From: Adineta vaga
Taxonomy: Eukaryota > Animalia > Rotifera
Assembly: GCA_021613535.1 (NCBI GenBank)
Contig: CP075496.1
Location: forward strand, 14,074,001-14,138,000
Length of the DNA stretch: 64,000 nucleotides
Reading direction: 5' to 3'
The notes below the pieces were generated by a model. That model saw nothing but the letters and a program-made list of their open reading frames with translations. It did not search any database and was not told where the DNA came from. Positions 1-13,538 of this stretch are shown in pieces. Within the stretch, counting starts at the first letter, position 1, and each line of letters opens with the position of its first letter. The translations under genes were made by a program, and so were the position numbers.

Positions 1-199
1 TAAAAAAATCTAGAACTTAAAATGGTTTTAGCCAGATGTGTAGAACTCTAGAAGGTTTTAGACTTTTCTTCTAGAACCAAAAAAAAGGGTTCTGAAAATG
101 GTACCCAAATTTAGAACCATAAAAGGTTCAGCCGTAAAAGGTTCTAGCTCTAGGGTAAAACCTTTTATGGTTCACTATTACCCGGTTTTTTTTAGAGAG
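1..199. mobile_element. Probable terminus of a non-autonomous DNA transposon (CACTA/EnSpm-like MITE end), truncated by the window edge
   Basis: Dense AGAACC/GGTTCT/GGTTTT subterminal motifs in both orientations, ending ...ccggttttttttagagag (reverse complement ctctctaaaaaaaa). The partner TIR lies outside the window. Confidence 0.45.
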
Positions 200-240
200 A
201 AGAGAACATTGACCATTCATCAGGATGTGACGGAGTCGAT

Positions 241-1470
241 ATACCAATGACGAAGCCACTTTTTCGGCGATCTTGTGCGACTTGAGTGATCGAGTGTCAG
301 AAATACAAGCATTAGTTTCTGATACGAACAAACAGTTACATAGTTGAGAAGTTTCTGTACTGACTAATACAAACAGTACAATTCAATTAGCACGCTCATT
401 TAGTAAAGCTCAAGAAAATATGGAAATCATGAGAACTAATATGGAAACTATAGCTAAACATGTATCGCGACTAGATTTGTTTTGTCGAGGCGCAGACGCG
501 CTATAATTTACAAAACCACGCAGAACGTATTTACGAGAGGACGAAGAGCTCTATGCGTCGTATCGAGAATAACGATCTTAACTTGGATTCTTCTGTGGGA
601 ATGACAGAACAAAATGAAATTTTGGAAATCGCTTATGAGCATCTTAAACACTCGCTACTCAATACAAGAGAATCGAAAGCCACGTTCATATCACGTATGC
701 TCTTTGTGCAAACTGTACAGATTGTCCCATCAGAAAATGACTTATGTACCAACGATATTACAGGATATTACCCAGAGCATTTGAGTAACATCGTCTTCAC
801 GTCTTATTTTGCAGCTCTCAAAGCTATTGTGAATGACAAGACTCAGGTTTATAAACTTACCCCCTTACCATATTTCATCGTTGATAAAGCAGAAAGAAAA
901 GAGGTTTTTGGATTGCCAAAAATAATGGGCTTATCTATTGGTAGATATATTGAATGGCGAGAAATTAGGGAACAGAAAGCATGTGATTTTGGAGACTACA
1001 CGATTTGTCGCGATCCGCCAATTGTGCAAAAACGTATAAACAATATGTGCTTAGAACAATTAATGCCGACCGACCGTTCGTTTCATTGCTCGGTTCAGGA
1101 TTCTGTTTATAGTTCTCCAGATTTTGAGAAAATAGCGTCCAACGTAATGATATTGTCCACGAGGACGCCAATAAATTGCATCAGGAATGGAGGATTTCAT
1201 GTCTTCAAAAATTTGACGATTATTCACTTAGGATGTAATGACAGCTTCTATTGCGAAGGTAGCATAAACTTTATCGGAGATAAGCGATGTCAAACAGTAA
1301 AACCATACAAAATAAAAACTGTGAATGACCATCTTGAGGGTGTGAGTGTTGGAAGGCAAAGAGCAAAGTGAGATTGCCTTCGATCCCTCTATTACACTGG
1401 ACACACGAAAAGCGTTGTCAGCGGGAAAGACACCGATTGATAACGGTCTGCAAAGCATTTACACCATATA
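241..1470 (+). pseudogene. Degenerate env-like (class I viral fusion glycoprotein-like) ORF of retroelement origin
   Basis: Heptad-like segment (LSDRVSEIQALVSDTNKQLHS*EVSVLTNTNSTIQLARSFSKAQENMEIMRTNMETIAKHVSRLD) with an in-frame TGA at 345-347. A frameshift leads into ORF 553-1371, whose Cys spacing (C-x6-C-RDPP...CLEQL...C) resembles F-type env ectodomains. A second frameshift is likely near 1345. Higher GC than the flanks; intronless. Confidence 0.55.
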
Positions 1471-2160
1471 ACTTAAATGCACATTTAAAATAGTCGACGA
1501 TGCCTTATGTTAGGATACTTATGGAATTCAATACTTTAAAACTCGAGTACTCGAATTCTAAACTGAAAGTTTAAAATTTGAATAGTTTAAAATTCGAATG
1601 CTCGAATTCTAACTTCATAAATTTAGAAGTTGAAGAAGAAGTTTAATACTCGAATCGAATTAACGATTCCTACACTACTCCAATAGGAATACCTTTATCT
1701 AAAAACCGCCATGAACAGAAGATATAGAACGTCACCCATCTACTTTTTCTTTTTACTTCTAGTTTCGGCTTTGGTATGACATTATCAAATGCTATTTCAT
1801 TGTTTTCGCTTATCGTTTAGTTTTTTTCTTTTTTTTTCTATAGACATATGCATCAACAATTGATCTTAAAAAAATGTACGTTTTTAATATAATAGTTTCT
1901 ATATTAAAAATTCTTCTTAACTCACAAAAAAGATATGTTCTTACAGCGTTTCTGGCAACTTCTATTTTTTACGTGATTCAAGCTCCATTGTCAAAAAAAA
2001 AGAAAAGCTGTAGTATTATTCTCATCGAAGTCTTCGTATTCATCTGAGATATTCAGTTCATTATTGGTATTAAAATGTCATATATTTTTTGTTGAGAGAA
2101 GGAATAAATTTAAATGAAAATAGAATTGAACCAAAGTAATTAATTAAAAGAAAAGTTTTC

Positions 2161-5100
2161 TTATGTGTCAGGATGAATTTGTTGAATTCGGCATTTATAT
2201 ATTTCAAGCACGAAACGTGCCATCCATTGTGATATAATCGTTAATCCTCCATACAATCCAATAAGAGTTGTGATAATATCAATTAAATTTCTCTTTCCTA
2301 TATAAGAATAAGTGCAAGCTGAAGGTAAACATTGATTAAAATATTTTTCATAAGATAATTCGAATGAATAATTTTCCACCATCAATTCTTGAAGAATTGA
2401 TTCAAAAGTTAAATTTCTATGAAATCGACTTGTTGAATAATTCAATGCATGAAATGTTTTTGTAGAATCAATACATTGTTGATTATAAAAACATTGAAAT
2501 GTCGTTTGCAAGAAAGATTCTAATGGATAACAACCGATTTTCATTCCTTGCAATACTTCTGTACATTTCGATGATAAACCACAATCACAATTTTGATAAC
2601 TTCTTGATCTTAAAAATAAAGTTGTATAAAATAAATTTCTATCAATATTATCAAGTTTCCAATTTGTTGAATATCCACTAATAATTTGATTTGTTTGAGT
2701 TATTTCTCGAACGAGATTAAATGTCGTAAGAAATGATTTTGATGTTTGTAAATGAAATTCTTTAATAAATTTTTCAATTCGAATATTTAAAATATTTAAC
2801 GGTAAAAGTTGAACATCAATAAAAGAAGTAAGTAATAATTGAATCAATGATTCATTAATTATTTGTTGAGATAATTGACAAAAGGATTGTAAAAATTGAA
2901 ATTGACCAAGAATTGTTGAATTATTATTTGTTCGATAAATAAAATCAATCCATTGATTTGAAATAAAATCACTTGAACAAATTTCATGAAAATAAGGTTT
3001 AATATCAAGAAATGTTTGATAATTAAATGAAATTTGTGAACATGTACATTGAATTGTTTCTGGTGTTTCTTTTTTTAATAAATTTTCATAAATAAAAAGA
3101 GTTGGAGTATTGATTTGAACAATTGTTAATTGTACAGATAAAAATGAAGTTAAATAAAAAATAATCATAAAAATAATTAATAATATAAATTCAATTCGAG
3201 ATGCTTGTCGATTTTGTATTGAACAAAGAAAAATTCGCCATATTTTTTGAAAGAATAATCGAATAACAATTAAAAATACGATTTTCAAACCTGTTGATAA
3301 TCCACCAAGAATACTAATAATAATCAAAAGAATTGTAAATATCGATCGTCGACTAATTCTTTCAATTGTACAACTTTTTGGATAACAAAACTGATAATAT
3401 AATGAAAATGATATATTCATTTCTAATTTCTCGATCATAATTCGATTAACAATTGTTTCAACTTTTTCATTATTTATTTCTTCTAAAAGTTTAATATTTG
3501 AAAACAATTCATATCCATTAATATCTCCTGTTATCATATATAATATATTATCAATACAAGTTCGATTAGAAAGACATTCAAATGTTGCTTGAAATAAACT
3601 TTCTAATGTTGAACAACCAATAAAAAAATTTGAATTTGTTATATTTTCTGAATAAGAATAAAAAGTATCACCCGGCATACCAATTGACATTGGAATATGA
3701 CATGTTTGATCGAATTGACAAGAACAATTTGAATATTCTACAGGAACAATATTAATTTCACCTAAACTTTCATTATTAACTTGAAATTTATAATTAAAAA
3801 AAGTATTCATTAATTTATTTCCTTGATTTATTATTCGAAAAAGTTTAATAACACGATAACATCGATTAATCATATCCATTTGCCATTGATTAAGAAGAAT
3901 ATCAAATTGTAAATAAAACATATTTTCTGGAATAAGTTTTGAACTAACAAATTGATTTTGATGAAATACATCAAGAGCATCTTTACTCATTCGTTTAGAA
4001 TATTCACAAAATGTACGAAGAATATTAAATTGTGTACCTAAATTTGTTCGAAGATAATCTGCAGAGAAATAATAATCTATTTCATTTTCTAATAGAAAAT
4101 CAATCCAAGATGTGGATATAAATTCACTTGAACATATTGGATGAAAAATAGGTTCAATTTCAAGAAATTTTTCATGAGAAATCGATAATAAACTACATGG
4201 ACAATGAAGATCATTTTCATAAATTTTATAAAGTTTAGAATATTCATCTTCTGTTGGATTGTATATTGTTTGACGATGAATATCTTTTATTGTAGAAGAA
4301 TAAATAGTTAAAATTAATAAAGAAATTAATAAAATGAATATATATAATCGACTTCCAATTTGTTGATAATAAATATGACGATCATTAGTTGATTGATCAG
4401 GAAAAAGATTTAATTCAATTATTTGATGAATTATATATTGTTTTCCTTGATTAAAACGAAGAGAAACTAAAATATCAAAAAACACAAGTCAAATTCTATA
4501 TGAATGAATATTTATTTGGCTCACATGGAATCTTTGCTATTGGTTTCGTTTTTTTTCTTTTAGGTTTTCTTAGAAATTGAATAATCATTGGAATACTAAG
4601 ACTAAAGACTAATGTTAAACCACCTAATAACCCAATAATTTCAGTAAGAACATACATAAAACTAAATCGTTTAATTGCTGAATAAGTACAGGAAAGTGGT
4701 GCACATTCATGAAAATATTTTTCAAATGAAATATTTGAAATCCATTGTTCTATCATAAGATGATTAACAATAAATTGTATTGTATCTCGTGATGAAAAAT
4801 AAGTTTGTTCATTTTGATTTATTGCAAGAAATGTTTCATTTGTGGGTAAATATGAAAGAAGTTTATTGATACATGTTTGATTATAAAAACATTCTAATGT
4901 TGATTGAAGAAGTGAATTTATAGGCATACAACCACTTCGAAATCCGGGAATATGAAATAAAACTTTTGTTATATCATCACTATCGATAAAAATAGCTTCA
5001 TCTTCTGTTGTATTATAAATTCCAGATGGTACTCCAATGTTATAATCTAATACACAACGATTTCCAGAATATGTTGTATTTTTATAAAATAAATAATTAG

Positions 5101-5788
5101 CAAATATTTTAGGTTGTCCATTATTTAAATATTGTATATTTAATATTGATCGAAATCCTGATAATAATTGATTTCCAAATATTAATTGATTAATTAAATT
5201 TAATTGTGATTGAAAAGCAAATAATATTGTTGTATTAAATTGTTCAATTGCAGCATGAATTGTTGTTTTTAAAAGATTTTCAAATAGAATTTGTGAATTA
5301 ATCAATGATGTATCATAAAATGATGAAAGACCATATTCAACATTACTTTTTGAAAGATTACAAAGATTTGCAAGTCCTTGAAATTGAGCACTACCAATAC
5401 TACGAAAATCACCTTGATAAAAATCAGTTGAATTATTTTCTGAATAAATGGATTTCATCCATCGATTGGAAATAAAATCACTTGAACATATTTCATGAAA
5501 TTTAGCTTCTAATGTTAGAAATGTTCCATAGGAAATTGATAAATGTGAACAAGAACATTGAACATCGAATGGAAATGTTTGAAATTGTTCAAGAGTTGGA
5601 TAATGTATTGTTATTTTTGTTATTTGTGGAATTAATAATAAAGTAAGAGTTAAACTAATTAATGTTATTAGTAAGACAATAAGATAAACTCTTGTCGATA
5701 TTAAACTATTACGATTTTGATGAGGATCAATTGTATTATCCGATGAAAAAAGATTTAAATTACGTAGATACGATATTATAAATAACAT
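2161..5788 (-). CDS. ~1190-aa multi-pass membrane protein with three tandem TM/Cys-rich loop/TM units (paralog 1); exons 5788-4525 and 4466-2161
   Basis: ORFs 4496-5788 and 2161-4485 join in frame through a GT-AG intron at 4467-4524 (58 bp, phase 1). Motifs CxCS..SI...F..I.P.FH.ICSS.FIS..W, GC...ESL...T.EC and C.P..CT each occur three times. Confidence 0.85.
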
Positions 5789-5922
5789 TGTTTAACTATT
5801 GTAAAAGAAATGCGGAAATATATAAAAGTAATTTGCTGAAAGATGTTATTAAGGAAATATGTTTTCTTTTCAATTACAGAAATTTTAACTGTAGATGGAA
5901 TAAACATTTTTATATACGTCAA

Positions 5923-6247
5923 CATGGACGGCGCAAGCTCAGTTGTCTAGGAGAGGCAATTGGATTTTTCAGGCGACAGTAACGAGAAATTTTTGACTTT
6001 CAACTATTGTTCATGAAAACTTACTACAGAGTAATCAGAGTCAGACAAATGAAACTGACCTTGTTTTTCAAAATTCAGTAATTTGGAGAAAGTTAATAAG
6101 AACGAATTGTAGAAGAAACAATTAAACGAACTCTTATAAGCGCTAGTTATAGCCCTATTACGAGAGGCAATAACATTCTATTGCCTCCCCTGATTTTTGT
6201 TAGGATAGGCAATTGCTTCCCTTCGCCTACATGGCGCGCCGCCAGTG
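5923..6247. mobile_element. hAT-type MITE, 325 bp
   Basis: Exact 8-bp TSD TACGTCAA at 5915-5922 and 6248-6255. Imperfect TIRs CATGGACGGCGC and CACTGGCGGCGC. Internal AGGCAAT repeats. Confidence 0.85.
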
Positions 6248-6261
6248 TACGTCAATGACTA

Positions 6262-6410
6262 TCAACTTGTCTGATTCTGTATTTATGTATTTCAAGAAGA
6301 AAAGTTGTCATCCATTGTGATAGAATCATTAACGTTTCATATAACCCAGCAAGAAAAGTAAAACTTCTTATGTACAACCAACTAGATATACAACATACAG
6401 TATATTCAAA
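6262..6410 (-). pseudogene. Decayed 3'-end fragment of a third copy of the three-unit membrane protein gene
   Basis: tatttcaagaagaaaagttgtcatccattgtgatagaatcattaa matches the last-TM coding sequence of the paralog at about 6627-6670. Confidence 0.65.
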
Positions 6411-6584
6411 TTCTATGTTACCATATTTTGGATCACAACGGTTGATATAAATGTGATCGAGTTTAGAAAAAACACATGATTCGTGCTTTTCTCAAACGAA
6501 GTCAATATATCTTTTATTAATTGATAAGCAAAGTACAAAGTTAAGTGAAAATAAATATAATAATTATTTTTGAAAGAAAAGGTT

Positions 6585-9500
6585 TTATTCTGTATCAGGA
6601 TGAATTTGTTGAATTCGACATTTATATATTTCAAGTAAGAAAACTGTCATCCATTGTGATAGAATCATTAATCCGCCATATAATCCAATAAGAAAAGTAA
6701 TAATATCAATAATATTTCGATATCCAATATAAGAATAAGTACAAGTTGAAGGTAAACATTGATTAAAATATTTTTCATAAGATAATTCGAATGAATAATT
6801 TTCCACCATCAATTCTTGAAGAATTGATTCAAAAGTTAAATTTCTATTAAATCGACTTGTTGAATAATTCAATGCATGAAATGTTTTTGTAGAATCAATA
6901 CATTGTTGATTATAAAAACATTGAAATGTCGTTTGCAAGAAAGATTCTAATGGATAACAACCGATTTTCGTTTCATTCAATGATTTTGTACATTTTGATG
7001 ATAATCCACAATCACATTGATTATACATCATAGGTAAAGTATGAAGATAAGTTTGGTGTTCATTGATTTCATAGACCCAATTGGTGGCATATCCACTAAT
7101 AAGTTGATTATTTTCCGTAACTTCACGAAGAAGATTAAATGTTGTAAAAAATGATTTAGAAATTCTTAAATGAAATTCTTGAATCAAAATTTCCATTTGA
7201 TTCATTAGAATATCCAATGATGATAAATGAGAATCAATAAAATTAGTTGATAGTAATTGTAACAAAGAATCTTGAATTGTTCTTTGAGAAATTTGACAAA
7301 ATGAAGATAAAAATTGAAAATTCATATATTGAAAATGATTTGTTTGATAAATATATTCAATCCATGAATTTGAAATAAAATCACTTGAACAGATTGAATG
7401 AAAATTAGGTTGAATGGAGAGAAATGTTTCGTATTGAAATGAAATTTGTGAACATAAACATTGAATTGAATTGAATGAAGATTTTTTATTCAATAAATCT
7501 TGATAAACTGGTAATGTTGGTGAATTAATTTGAACAATTGTTAATTGTGGTGAAAGAAATGTGATTAAATAAAAAATAATCATTAAAATAATTAATAAAA
7601 TACAATGTAATCGAGATTTGATTTGATTTTCATTTGGATAAACTAACGATTTGATAAAACTTTTTCCAAAACTCATATTCGATCGATTTTGATTAATCTT
7701 TTCGAGAAATTTTATGCCAATTAAGAATAAAATTTTCAAACCAGTTGATAAACCACCTAAAATTCCAAGAACAATGATTAAAATAACAAAAATTGATCGA
7801 CGAGATATTTGTTCAATTGTACAATAATTCGGAGAACATTTTTTATAATACGATGAAAACGAAATATTCGTTTTCAATGAATTTATCATTACGCGATTGA
7901 TAACTGATTCAATTTTTTCATTATTTTTATTGATTAATAAAGAAATATTGGTTAAATAATCAAATCCATTTCCAATTTGTTCAATAATTTCATTAACACA
8001 AGTTCGATTAGAATAACATTGTAATGTTCCTTGTAATAAACTTTCAAATGATGAACAACCAATAAAAAATGAAGACGAAGAAGAAGAAAACATTTTCTGT
8101 GCACAACTTTCCGATAAATCACAAGAACAATTTGAATAATTTCTTGAAATAAAATTCATTTGATTTGTTGTTTTATCGTTCAATAATAAATAAAAATTAT
8201 AAAAATTATTTAAATATTTATTTCCTTGATTTGTTATTCGAACAAGATTAATAACACGTTGACATCCATTTATCATATTGATTTTCCATTGTTGAATTAA
8301 ATTATCAATTTGTAAATTGAATTCATCTTTTGGAAGAATTTGTGAACTAATCAATTTTGTTTGATGAAATACATAAAGATTTTCATCGGTCATTTCTCTC
8401 GAATAATTACATAATGTTCGTAAAATATTCATTTGTGTACCTAAATTTGTTCGAGTTGTATTGGAATTGGATAAAAAATAATGATCATTTCGTTCATTTT
8501 CGAATAAATAGTTTATCCAAGTTGATGAAAGAAATTCACTGGAACAAATTTCATCATAGATTGGTTCAATAGAAAGAAATTCATTGTGAATTATTGAAAG
8601 TGATGAACATGGACAATTGAGATTTGTTGAATATTTTTGATAAAGTTCATTATAAACAAATTCAGTTGGATTAGAAATAATTTCATGAGTTAATTCTTTA
8701 ACAATGGATGAATAAATAGTTAAACTTGTTAAAGAAATCAAAAGAATAAATACGTAAAAACGTGTTCCAATTCTTTGAGAATAATTATGAGGATCATTTT
8801 CATTTGGAAAGAGATTTAATTCGATTAATCGAGTTTTTGCATTTGATTTTAATTGAATAAATTGCATTGAAACTAAAATATGAAGAATTTTAGAAAAATA
8901 TAATCAGTCGTGTGAAAGTCGAATTTACATGAAATTTTCGGTTTTGATGATTGAATTTTAGGTTTTCTTATAAATCGAATAAAATTTGGAATAAGATTTT
9001 CTAAGATTAATTTTAAACCACTAAGTAAACTGATTAATTGAATTAAAACCATGAGAAAATTATTTCTTCGATTGATTGAATAACTACATGAAATTGGTGC
9101 GCATTCATGAAAATAATTTTCATAAGATATATTTAATATTAATTCTTCAATCATCATTTGATTAAGCATTGATTGTATTGTCATTTCTTTAGTAAAAATA
9201 CTTGATTGTAATGGATTTAATGATTGAAATGTTTCACTTGTTGAATAATAAGAAAGAATTATATTGATACATGTTTGATTATAAAAACATTCTAATGTCG
9301 ATTGAAGAAGAGAATTTATTGGTAAACAACCACTACGAAATCCAGGAATCTCAAATAATAAATTCATTTGTTCATCTGCTGATTGAATATTATAAAATCC
9401 CGATGGTATAACAATACTATAATCATTCAAACATGAAGTAGAATTTTGATAGATTAAATAATTAATAAAGAAATCAGATGTTTGATTTTCATGGAAATAT

Positions 9501-10189
9501 TTGATATTGAGAATTGTTTTTAATCCAGATAGAAATTGATTACCAAAGATTAATTTATTCATAAGATTTAATTGTGATTTAAAACTAACTGGTAAGATCA
9601 TTTTTAATTGTTCGATTGATGATTCAATTGTTGTTTGTAATAAATTTTCGAATATAAGTTGAGAATTAATTAATGATGTATCATAAAATGAATTTAAATT
9701 ATCTTCGAGATTTGTTCGAGAAAGAAAACAAAGACTTGAAAGAGATTGAAATTGTGAACTACCAATTTCACGAAAATCTCCGGAATAAAAATGAGTAGAA
9801 TTTCTACCTGAATAAATCGTTTCAATCCATCGATGGGTAATAAAATCACTTGAACAGATTTGATGAAAATCAGTCGTTAATGTAAGAAATGTTCCATAAC
9901 GAATTGATAAACGTGAACAAATACATTGAACATTTAATGGAAAGGTTTTCATTTGTTCATATGTTGGAGAATTTATTGTTATTGTTGTCATTTGTGGAAT
10001 TACAGAAAGACTTAGAATAAGGCCAAGAAGAATTAATATCATTAAAATAAAATAAATTCGTGTTGAAATTAATGTATTTTTATATTCATGTTTATCTTCG
10101 TCTTTTGTTTGAAATATATTCAACTTACGGACATACGAGAGTAATTGAGACATTGTTGAAATGATATATGAAGAAAATAAGTAAGACAT
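6585..10189 (-). CDS. ~1170-aa three-unit multi-pass membrane protein (paralog 2); intron 8873-8928; start ATG uncertain (10189 or 10153)
   Basis: ORFs 8873-10252 and 6585-8867 join through a 56-bp phase-1 intron at the same position as in paralog 1. Same triple repeat motifs. Confidence 0.85.
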
Positions 10190-11263
10190 TTTTATAAAAC
10201 TTTCGGATAAAATCAAATACTTTTTCTTGTTCATTTCTTTTACATAATGCAAGTTAATAAAATATATAGGAAATTACTTTGGATGTGACAGAAGTAGTAT
10301 AAAGACAATTTCTTTTCTGTAAATTTAAAGTTTAATCATTGAAAGTACTGAAAATATGAATAGAAGTAACTAGGTCGTTTTTCTCTCGAACATTTCCATT
10401 GATTAAATTGACTTTTTCAATAGAGTAAAATTTTTATAAGAAATCGTTCAGTTTTAGTAATGAAAAAAGAATTAAGTTTTGCTTTTCGTTTTGTCTTCTT
10501 GTTTCGTATTGAATCCAAAGTATGTTTGCGTTTCCTTCGATTTAGCCTGAAGAGAAAGAGAAAGCGTCCGTATTGGACACTATGAAAAGAGAAGAAAAAT
10601 GTCTTGAAAAACTACGTGCATTATCCTTTTGCGTTCTGTCGATCAACTAGATGAATTTTCCCCAAAATTCTTTTCATTCACTAATGAATTGCATACATGT
10701 AGAAGTCGAAAAGACGTTTGAAATTCGAATACTTGAATCAATAAAGTTAACGATTCTACACTACTTGCATAATCACAAAAGAAGGCGATGTAAAAAAACA
10801 CATTTTCATTTACTTGAATGGTAGAGTCATATCTGTTTAGATCTATCATGTCGACTGTGTCGGAAATCAACACTTAAGAAATAGATTATTTATTTTATAT
10901 CAAACAAAAAGAAAAAATTTTAGAACAAGATCCAACGATGAAAATTATCAAAGACTATTAAAAATTTTGTTTTTCTAGAAATTTATTTGGAATATCTCGT
11001 TGTGTAGAAAGTTTTTGAACATTTGAAATAAACAAAAAAATCCTTCATACAATATTTTCATCGGATAAGAGATAGTTCACAAGAGAAACAATACGAATAG
11101 AAAGTCATTTTTACTCTCATAAGTCTCTTTTTTGTTTTAATGTTAAACTCTTGAAAATTATGAATTGCATCATTATCTTTATTTCTATAGTTCAGCTTTT
11201 AGAGATGATATTGTTGATATAAAAATTTTTCTCAATTAAATATACAGAGTCAATGATTATTAT

Positions 11264-11890
11264 TTAAAACGAAGTATTATTCCTATTTCCCAATATTGGC
11301 TTCATTGGAATCTCAGTGATGGCACCTTCTATAACCCCTACTATATGTACTTGAGTTGTTCTTGGTTGAAACCGGAATAGTTCATTGACAAAAAACATTT
11401 TAATATTCGTTCGATGTAAACATGTCCATCGTATCCAAATAAAGATCATTCCTATACTACTCGCACTTAATACGCCAAATAAAATATATTTCAATGTTTG
11501 AAGATCAATAGGTTGCTTGGGTGGAAATGTTGAAAGAATAGTGGAGATAAATAACCAAATAAAAATACAAGTGATTAATATCAATCCTATGAATTTTCTT
11601 GTTGCTAATTCGAAACCAAAATTTCTCATAACAATCTCAACCAACCAAAACATAACAAGTATTAGAATCATAAAAATAATTATAGCAAACAGAAGAACAA
11701 ATAAATTAGTCTCCATGGAATAAAGTGTTTCGGAGACATTATCTTTAATACGTGTTTCCAAAGTCGATAAGAGTTCGAGAGAAATATTCTCGAATTTTGA
11801 AAGAGTTGGATCAATTTCATTGATAATACGAGTTAATGATCTATCGATGAGTTCATCCAAACCTTCAACATTAACGTCGATTCTTGTCAT
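11264..11890 (-). CDS. Hypothetical 3-TM membrane protein with an N-terminal helical region
   Basis: 208-aa ATG-initiated ORF with three clear hydrophobic segments; no recognised motif. Confidence 0.65.
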   Translation of the reverse strand: MTRIDVNVEGLDELIDRSLTRIINEIDPTLSKFENISLELLSTLETRIKDNVSETLYSMETNLFVLLFAIIIFMILILVMFWLVEIVMRNFGFELATRKFIGLILITCIFIWLFISTILSTFPPKQPIDLQTLKYILFGVLSASSIGMIFIWIRWTCLHRTNIKMFFVNELFRFQPRTTQVHIVGVIEGAITEIPMKPILGNRNNTSF

Positions 11891-12805
11891 TGTCTATTAG
11901 AATATTTCGTTTTTAGAAAAAAGAAATATCTTTCACGAAATTTTACTTTGTGAGGTAGATGAGTAAATCGAGAAATTAAATGTTTGTTGTTATATACAAC
12001 TTCTTAATCTTTCGTATAGATAACATTTATTACGTCAGTTTTCATTCTGTCAAAGAGTGCTTTTCAGCTACCAACATATGTCTACAAACATTTTTCACTC
12101 ATGTGACATATATTACGAGTTAAACAACAGGATAGAATTAGATGCGAATGGATATATCTTCTTCATTCACATCAATATTCATACTGTTAAGATGGCGATT
12201 GTGATCATTTTAACTATTTTAGATTCATCTCCCTTGATCAACAAACAATCCTGTAGGATAAAACAATTCATTCACATGATTTTCTTTCGGCTTTAACTGC
12301 AAAGAATATTTCTATTACTGTAGGATCTTCTCTTTTCTTTGTTCTCCTATTGTAAACGTAGATATAAACACATTTCAAAACAGAAAATAGTCGAATAAAA
12401 ACCATATCATAAGATATTAAACTATCACTTTCGATGTATTATTCAAGTAAATGAATCATATATACCCACACCCACACCTTTGACGATGAGTTGATTGACT
12501 AAAAATTATCATATTAAAAAGTAATCCAATATCACCCAAAATAAGATACGTGCTCATTCCATAACGTATAATATATATTGCTGAATAGAAACTAATGTTG
12601 CAGTACTTGACATATTTATTTTTTTACTTTTAATATATAAATTCTATCCTATATTTATATAGAATGGTAAACTAGAATAATTTTTTTAGAGATAAATAAT
12701 ATTTTCATTGAACCGAATTATTTGTTCATGTAAATGTTTGTCTTACATATTGATATTAATGTAGCGAATGTAAAAGTTCTTCTAAAGAATTTAATACTTT
12801 AAGAA

Positions 12806-12862
12806 TGTGGGTGTAGATGACGGTGAGAGATAGACCATGGGCGTATATCCTCACCCTCACGC
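12806..12862. repeat. Degenerate TGTGGG/CCCACA hairpin element
   Basis: tgtgggtgtagatg ... tatcctcaccctcacgc inverted arms. Confidence 0.45.
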
Positions 12863-13475
12863 ATGCTTTCAAAAATACCATTGTAATAATAGAGGAGCTT
12901 AATTGGAAATGAATATCATACATTCATCTGTTATATTTCGAGACCAGTATAAATGGGGATTTCTTGATAAAGTATTTAGAAGAGTTCCATTTCGTTTTCT
13001 TCTTATCTTGATCATATTAATGTGGATGATCGTCATCATAAGCAAATATTTCCTTATGATATTTTATTGTTTATTACTATTCGGAGAAATGTTTTTATCT
13101 AAATCTGTTTTAAAGTATATACTGATAAAAAATACATTCAGATTTCATTCGAATGTTTATCAGATATGAATACGTCCACACTAAAATTGAAATTATACTA
13201 TAAAACAAATTTTGTTTCAGATAGTTTAAGAAAGAAACATCATATATTTCCAATAAGATGTTTAAGCAATCGAGCAATAGTATTTATTCTATTCTTGTTT
13301 TATTACTTTTCACATTCATGACTGTAGATAGTGAAAAGTGTTCGTCATTTTACCGTATGTATATTATTGAATAAGATCATAATATAATTTATTATCAATA
13401 AATTTTTTTCTGAAGATCAGAGGAATTGTTCTCTTGGAACATTGGTTTGGTGTTGTAGTGGTAAGAGGATATTTC

Positions 13476-13538
13476 TTGAAGGGTGTGGGTGTGGGTGTTG
13501 GATAGATGTGATACTCATACCATCACCCACACCCTCAA
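13476..13538. repeat. Short inverted-repeat element with (TGTGGG)n arms
   Basis: ttgaagggtgtgggtgtgggtg...catcacccacaccctcaa. The core gggtgtgggtgtgggtgttggatagatgtgatactca nearly matches the reverse complement of about 21826-21863. Confidence 0.75.

Noticed and set aside
1521-1670. Repetitive ctcgaattctaa/tttaaaattcgaa stretch, possibly a MITE or LTR
   Set aside because: No convincing TIR pair, TSD or TG..CA LTR boundary; probably a decayed repeat.
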